A DNA stretch of 16,631 bases, taken from positions 1 to 16,631 of the forward strand of contig JBEBGD010000116.1 of the NCBI GenBank assembly GCA_040081625.1. Direction: 5' to 3'. Positions 8,939 through 16,631 of this stretch are shown one piece after another. This stretch comes from Chthoniobacteraceae bacterium (GTDB lineage: Bacteria; Verrucomicrobiota; Verrucomicrobiia; Chthoniobacterales; Chthoniobacteraceae). Position 1 is the stretch's first letter. The number at the start of each line of letters is the position of its first letter. The translations under genes were made by a program, and so were the position numbers. The notes beneath the pieces were generated by a model. It saw only the letters and a list, made by a program, of their open reading frames with translations. It was not told where the DNA came from and made no database searches.

Positions 8939-8944
8939 GCCCCG

Positions 8945-9754
8945 TCAGTTCGCGCGCTGTTTGACGACCCAGAGGTTGCACGGGATCACCTGCCCGACCC
9001 AATCCATGTATGGCGGCAGCACCGTGCCGCGCGCGGGATCAGTGGCCGCGGGCACGACGAGCAGATCAGCTTCGATCGTGCGGGTGAAATCGGACGCGCC
9101 CATGCCGGTGGTGGAATGGATCACTCGCGCATCGATCGGCACTTGAGAGTCCGCACCGGCGCTGCAAAACTCGTCGAGCAACGCCTCCTCATCGCGCGCG
9201 GGAGTCACATCGCTGCCGAGTTGCGCGCGAGCGGCGGAGAATGGACTTACGACCGAGAGAACGTGCAGCGCCTCGACGCTTTCGCGCTCGGCCAGGTGTA
9301 GCGCCCGGCGATACGCTTCGCGCGCGGCGTCCGAATAATCGGTGATGACCACGATCCGGCGCAACGGCTGCGGCTCCTCGCGAGGCTCGGTGAAGAGAAC
9401 GAGCGAGCACGGCGCGTCGCGCAGGAGCGTGCGCGCGACGCTGCTGAGGAAATGCGGACCCGCCTCGCGCTCGAGTGCGCCGGCGATCAGCAAATCGGCG
9501 CGATGCTCGCGAGCCAGCGCGATGAGCGCCGGGCCCGGCTCGCCTTCCCGAAAATGCACGGGCGTGTCGTGCGGCAGACCGAGCGCGACGATCGCGTCGC
9601 GAAACTTGGCTTCCTTCGCATCGGTCCGCTCACCCCCATGCAGGATCGAGAATCGCGCGCCGACGCGCTCCGCGAAACGCCACGCCTCCGCGAGCACCGC
9701 GCGGAATCGCGGAGAAAGCGCGCTGGCGACTGCGACGTGCGGAGCTTCGGGCAT
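8945..9754 (-). CDS. Universal stress protein, two tandem USP domains
   Basis: GEPGPALIALAREHRADLLIAG, SVARTLLRDAPCSLV, RRIVVITDYSDAAREAYRRAL, ADLLVV and IPCNLWVVK match USP folds. Confidence 0.85.
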   Translation of the reverse strand: MPEAPHVAVASALSPRFRAVLAEAWRFAERVGARFSILHGGERTDAKEAKFRDAIVALGLPHDTPVHFREGEPGPALIALAREHRADLLIAGALEREAGPHFLSSVARTLLRDAPCSLVLFTEPREEPQPLRRIVVITDYSDAAREAYRRALHLAERESVEALHVLSVVSPFSAARAQLGSDVTPARDEEALLDEFCSAGADSQVPIDARVIHSTTGMGASDFTRTIEADLLVVPAATDPARGTVLPPYMDWVGQVIPCNLWVVKQRAN

Positions 9755-9799
9755 GGATGCGGAAACGATGACGGCTGGCCGGAAAAAGGTGGAGCGTTT

Positions 9800-10114
9800 T
9801 CACGACATTTCGCCGCGTTCCTCGGCATCCCGGAACTCGATCAGCAGTTGCTCGACACGGGTGACAGCAGCCTCGGCGTCCGGTCCGTGAGCCTCGATCT
9901 CGAAGGTCGCACCGTGATCGAGATTCGCCGTGAGCAACTCCATGAGCCGGCCCGCATCGTAGCGTTTGCCGCCGGAGACGATCCACAGGTCGCTGCGAAA
10001 GCTCTGCACGGCGCGAACCAACTGCGCCGCCGGCCGGGCGTGCAAACCGAGCTTGTTGCGCACGGTCAGCGTTCGCGCCGAGTGCTGGTCTGGGGCTTTG
10101 CGGTTGAGGGCCAT
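9800..10114 (-). CDS. HPr-family phosphocarrier protein, atypical (His15 present, Ser46 replaced by Arg)
   Basis: TVRNKLGLHARPAAQLV is the HPr His15 signature; IEAHGPDAEAAV is the typical C-terminus. ATG at 10114 gives 104 aa. Confidence 0.88.
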   Translation of the reverse strand: MALNRKAPDQHSARTLTVRNKLGLHARPAAQLVRAVQSFRSDLWIVSGGKRYDAGRLMELLTANLDHGATFEIEAHGPDAEAAVTRVEQLLIEFRDAEERGEMS

Positions 10115-10218
10115 GGGTTCAGCACTGCATGGGTTGCGTCGCGGCGACGTTCGTGCGCTGGAGAATCGAACGCCAGCGCGATTCCGCGTGTGCGAACCGC
10201 GTTGAGAAAAAACCACCT

Positions 10219-10246
10219 TTGCACTGCCGCGCGCCTGTGGCATAAG
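10219..10246 (+). promoter_or_regulatory. Possible sigma70-type promoter for ppdK
   Basis: An A-rich tract (10207-10212) precedes TTGCAC (10219-10224), a 16 nt spacer and CATAAG (10241-10246) preceded by TGTGG. The -10 match is weak. Confidence 0.3.
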
Positions 10247-10343
10247 CCGCGGCTCTTTTCCCGGAGCGCAGCCGAGATGGCTGCCGCGACGGCAGATTTT
10301 CTCCCCGCAGACGACGCATCCTCATCAACCGACAAACCTCTAT

Positions 10344-13136
<2,793 letters not shown>

Positions 13137-13166
13137 CCGCCACTCCGAGCGCGAATCGCGTTTCCC

Positions 13167-13207
13167 AAAGCCGCCCCGGTCGAAAGGCCGGGGCGGTTTT
13201 GTTTTGT
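13167..13207 (+). terminator. Intrinsic terminator of ppdK (possibly weakly bidirectional)
   Basis: gccgccccggtc, GAAA loop, ggccggggcggt (13170-13197), running into ttttgttttgt, with aaa on the 5' side. Confidence 0.88.
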
Positions 13208-13287
13208 GCGAACGACAACAAGCTCCGGCACGCCGGTCCCGGTGCGAAACGACCGTCGATTCTCGCGCCGTAAGGTGGACTTTATCC

Positions 13288-13866
13288 TTACGTCCAGCGA
13301 GGCGCCTCCGCTTCGGTCGCGTGTCGCGAAGGCGCGAGCGCGGCGCGCGTGCAGAGCAGGAAGAGCGCGGTGAAAATCACGTCGCTCAGCAGCGTGTTGC
13401 GGAAGAAGACGAGCGTCGGCGGGTAGCCGGGAAGCCCGCCGGTGAGCGCCTGCGCCCAGCCTGCGAAGGTCTTCGCGTAGGCGGGTTCACCCATCCACGA
13501 GGCGGTGTTCGTGACGAAGTAGAAGATCACCGAGCAGAGCGCGCTCGCACCGAGCACGGCGAGCGCCTGAGGGTTGCGCCGCAGCCACCAGCCCGCGCCG
13601 GCGATGGCGGCGAGCACCGCGTAGCGCGCGAGCATTTCCAGGCTCACCATCCCGACGCCGTAGTAACGGTTGAGGATGATGTCCGTCGCGAGCAGCGCGA
13701 CCAGCGGCAGTGCGAAGGCGACGCGGCGCGGGAGCGCGAGGGCGCCGCACAGCGCGATCGCCGAGAGCGGAGCGAAATTGTGCATCCACGCGAAATCGTC
13801 GCGGTGTCCGAGTCCGAGAAGGCGCCAGGCGATGGCGATGACGAGAAGTGCGATGGCAGCGATCAT
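13288..13866 (-). CDS. About 6-TM membrane protein, DUF6580-like putative transporter (ECF S-component-like)
   Basis: ATG 13866 gives 192 aa, strongly hydrophobic. Motifs NFAPLSAIALCGA, FYFVTNTASW and G-x-P...FFRNTLLSD resemble this family as I recall it; no search was run. Confidence 0.7.
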   Translation of the reverse strand: MIAAIALLVIAIAWRLLGLGHRDDFAWMHNFAPLSAIALCGALALPRRVAFALPLVALLATDIILNRYYGVGMVSLEMLARYAVLAAIAGAGWWLRRNPQALAVLGASALCSVIFYFVTNTASWMGEPAYAKTFAGWAQALTGGLPGYPPTLVFFRNTLLSDVIFTALFLLCTRAALAPSRHATEAEAPRWT

Positions 13867-13919
13867 GTGCGCGAGTGTTTCGGCGATGCGGAGCGGGAGG
13901 CAATGCGGAAGTTTCAACT

Positions 13920-14867
13920 TCAACGCAAAAGCACCCACAGCGTCTTCGCCGCGAACTCCGCCGGGATGTCCGCCAGCGGCGGCTCGCGGTGCAGTTCGCC
14001 AGGGCGGCGGGCTTGCTTGAGCGCGGCGCGCGCGAGCAGTTCGAGCTGGCGCTGGCTGATGCGGGTGCAATTGGTCGAGAGCAGCACGCGCGTATTTCGG
14101 TCGGCCACTTCGATCGCGGCGTCCAGCAACGCGCCAAAGTCGTTCTCGACCTGGAAGCGGCGGCCGCGGTTTCCGCGCGAGAAGGTCGGCGGATCGAGCA
14201 CGATGGCGTCGAAGAGCTCGCCGCGTCGCGCGAGATTCGGGATCACTTCGAGCACATCGTCGGCGAGGAATTGATGGGAGTCCTGGGCGAGTTCGTTGAG
14301 GGCGAAATTCTGCTGCCCGCGCTCGATGGACTTTTTCGAGAGATCGACGCTCACCGTCTGCGCGCCGGCGCTCGCAGCGACGACGGAGAAAGAGCACGTG
14401 TAGGCGAAAGTGTTCAGCAACCTCCGCACAGGACGAGCGCGGAGAAAGGCGCGGTTCGCGCGCTGGTCGAGGAAAAGGCCGGCGGAGTATCCCGCCTCGA
14501 AATCGATCCCGTAGCGCAGGCCCGCCTCGGAGACCGTGGTGGTGAGCGGCAGCGCGGGGTCGCCCTCGATCAGCGCCGGGCGGCTACGTTCGTCGTTCTG
14601 TCGCGGGAGGACTCGTCCGAAGATGCGCCGAACCGGCAGCGCATTCGTCGCCGCCCACGTGGCTAGTTCCCCGCGCGCGGCGGTGAGTCCATCCGCGTGA
14701 CGGTGGCTGATGAGCACGTCTTCGCCAAGGCGCTCGACCCAGGTGCCACGGCTCGAGGCCAGCCTATGCGCGTCGGTGTTGGCGGCGGAGAACTGCGCGA
14801 GCAGCGAGGGGTCGATCCAGCGGAGGGGCTCGGGGACGGCGGATTGCGGGCGGTTGGGATGAGGCAT
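13920..14867 (-). CDS. Class I SAM-dependent rRNA methyltransferase, RlmK/RlmI family
   Basis: GLFLDQRANR, LNTFAYTCSFSV, SVDLSKK, FDAIVLDPPTF and LLSTN. At 315 aa it is shorter than typical PUA-containing members. Confidence 0.85.
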   Translation of the reverse strand: MPHPNRPQSAVPEPLRWIDPSLLAQFSAANTDAHRLASSRGTWVERLGEDVLISHRHADGLTAARGELATWAATNALPVRRIFGRVLPRQNDERSRPALIEGDPALPLTTTVSEAGLRYGIDFEAGYSAGLFLDQRANRAFLRARPVRRLLNTFAYTCSFSVVAASAGAQTVSVDLSKKSIERGQQNFALNELAQDSHQFLADDVLEVIPNLARRGELFDAIVLDPPTFSRGNRGRRFQVENDFGALLDAAIEVADRNTRVLLSTNCTRISQRQLELLARAALKQARRPGELHREPPLADIPAEFAAKTLWVLLR

Positions 14868-14889
14868 CGAAGGGGCCCATCAGAAGCCG

Positions 14890-14918
14890 TTGCGTAGTCG
14901 TGTCAATTCCACTAGTCT
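14890..14918 (+). promoter_or_regulatory. Putative sigma70 promoter for the coiled-coil gene
   Basis: TTGCGT (14890-14895), 17 nt spacer, TAGTCT (14913-14918), 23 nt before ATG 14942. Confidence 0.5.
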
Positions 14919-14941
14919 CGGCGGCCTTTTTTCAATCACCC

Positions 14942-16631
14942 ATGCGCGCCCACGCCCTCGCCCTTCTCTCCGTCATCTGCCTTGCCGCTTCCACGGCATT
15001 CGCTGAGGGCGACGCTTCCGATCAGTTCCTCGACGCCTTCCTGAACTTCCAGAAGGGCGAAAAGGCCGAGTCCTCGGGCAACGCCCGCGGCGCACTGACC
15101 GCCTACAACAAGGCGATCGATGTCCTCGACGCGATCTCCTCGCGCTGGCCGGAGTGGAATCCCGCGATCGTCAAGCATCGGCGCGAGAAGGCCGCGGAAG
15201 CGGTCACGCGTTTGCAGCCGGCGGCCGCCGGCCGGCCGGGCTCGCAGCAGCCACCCGCCGGACCCGTCGAGCCCGAACTCCCGGCGAATCCGGACAACCC
15301 GCTGCCGCCGGATACATTCCCGAAAGCGACGCCGTCCACCCGCGGCACCGCGAAGAAGAGCGGCGGCGATCCGATCCAGGAAATCCAAAGCCGCATCGAG
15401 GCCCTCCAGACCGACCTGACCTCCACGCGCGAGCGACTCGGCAAGGCGACAGAAGAAAAGGAAGAACTCGCAAAGAAATACGAGCAAGCAGCCCGCGACG
15501 CGAAGGACGCCACCGATAAACTCGAAGTCGTGCAAAAGCGTGCCGACCGCGCGGAGACCGCCTTGCTCGACGCCGAGAAGACCGGCACAAAGAGCACGAC
15601 CGAGCTATCCGCGCTGCAAAAGGCAGCCGCCGATGCGAAGAAGGCGCTGCGGCAGATGCTCATCGAGCGCGACGCCGAGATGGAGCTGAGCGAACAATTC
15701 GCCGGCCGCGCGACGGTCACCCGCAACGAGCTGACCGCCACCACGGCGGAGCGCGACGACTTGCGCAAGGAAAGCACCGAAGCGCGCAAACAACTCGACA
15801 AGACGACCACCGAGAAGACCACGATCGAGGCGAAGCTCACCAAGGCTCAGCAGGAACTGCTCACCGCCACCGCCGAGCGCGACGCAGTGAAGAAGGAGAA
15901 CACCGAGACGCCGAAGAAACTGGCTGACATGCAGAAGAAGATCGACGTGGTCGTGCGCGAGAAGGGCGACCTCGAGATGAAGCTCGGGAAGGTTCAGGAT
16001 CAGCTCACCAAGATCACCGGGGAACGCGACGACGCGCTCGCGCAACTGACCCGGATGAAAGAGGCGGCAAAGAACGTGGACAAGCTGCTGACCGAAAACA
16101 CGCAGCTCATGGCGAAGCTCCAGGACGCGGAGAAGCAGATCACCACCTTCAAGGCCGAGGGCGCGGAGAAGGACAAGAAGATCGCCGACTTGAACAAGGA
16201 TCTGACGACGGCCCGCGCCCAGCTCGTGGACGCGCAAAAGCAGAGCGCCGATTTCCAGACGCAGATGAACGACCTGCGCGTGCAACTCGACACGCAGGCC
16301 AAGGAACTCACCTCGGTCAAGAGCGAGGCGGCCGCCGGCGTCGAGGAACGGAAGAAACTCGCCGAGGAAAACGACATCCTGCGCGGCATCGTCCTGCGCC
16401 AGCAAAAGGAACAGGCGCGCCGCGACCGCGTGAAGAAGCTCGTGCTCGACCAGCTCGCGAAGCTCGAAGTCCACTCCAAGGCCTTGATCGACCAGGTCGA
16501 GCTGCTCGGCAGCCCGGTCGTGAAACTCACCGACAAGGAGCGCAAGCTTTTCAAGGAGCCGCAGCTCCAGATCAGCGATACCGAGGTCACGTTCACTGCC
16601 CCCGCCGATGCCGGGGCCCCCACCCCGGCAG
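14942..16631 (+). CDS. Exported protein: signal peptide, TPR-like helical hairpin, Pro-rich linker, long coiled coil; 3' end outside the window
   Basis: Translated by hand because it has no stop in the window and is absent from the track: MRAHALALLSVICLAASTAFA-EGDASDQFLDAFLNFQKGEKAESSGNARGALTAYNKAIDVLDAISSRWPEWNPAIVKHRREK..., open for 563 codons, with strong coding-type codon usage and K/E/A/L/T heptads. Confidence 0.9.
   Translation, partial: MRAHALALLSVICLAASTAFAEGDASDQFLDAFLNFQKGEKAESSGNARGALTAYNKAIDVLDAISSRWPEWNPAIVKHRREKAAEAVTRLQPAAAGRPGSQQPPAGPVEPELPANPDNPLPPDTFPKATPSTRGTAKKSGGDPIQEIQSRIEALQTDLTSTRERLGKATEEKEELAKKYEQAARDAKDATDKLEVVQKRADRAETALLDAEKTGTKSTTELSALQKAAADAKKALRQMLIERDAEMELSEQFAGRATVTRNELTATTAERDDLRKESTEARKQLDKTTTEKTTIEAKLTKAQQELLTATAERDAVKKENTETPKKLADMQKKIDVVVREKGDLEMKLGKVQDQLTKITGERDDALAQLTRMKEAAKNVDKLLTENTQLMAKLQDAEKQITTFKAEGAEKDKKIADLNKDLTTARAQLVDAQKQSADFQTQMNDLRVQLDTQAKELTSVKSEAAAGVEERKKLAEENDILRGIVLRQQKEQARRDRVKKLVLDQLAKLEVHSKALIDQVELLGSPVVKLTDKERKLFKEPQLQISDTEVTFTAPADAGAPTPA

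Noticed and set aside
13208..13287. Possible small RNA between the ppdK terminator and the membrane-protein gene
   Set aside because: Only weak GC pairing; no promoter or recognisable RNA family.
13867..13919. Cobalamin riboswitch upstream of the DUF6580-like gene
   Set aside because: The gap is far too short and has no B12-box.
14936..16623. Several minus-strand ORFs (199, 246, 289 and 207 aa)
   Set aside because: Shadows of the plus-strand coiled-coil gene that starts at 14942.

Overview
GC-rich bacterial chromosomal segment. The SD-less starts, gene content and WNPxIV coiled-coil protein suggest Verrucomicrobiota/PVC, which is inference. Left: the 3' part of a translationally coupled surface-polysaccharide operon (four GT4 glycosyltransferases and a Wzy-like polymerase), convergent on a coupled AMP-dependent ligase + HDAC/AcuC-family deacetylase pair. 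Middle: rpmE, an intrinsic terminator, prfA, then an HPr-like gene and a tandem universal stress protein transcribed divergently from ppdK. Right: a DUF6580-like membrane protein, an RlmK/RlmI-family methyltransferase, and a long exported coiled-coil protein that runs off the window and is missing from the ORF track. I found no tRNA, rRNA, CRISPR or mobile element. The best leads are: an HPr with His15 intact but Ser46 replaced by Arg, in a divergon with a PPDK whose regulatory Thr is Ser; the ligase-deacetylase pair; two 4x7-bp repeat blocks inside the ligase gene; and a strong terminator immediately in front of prfA.
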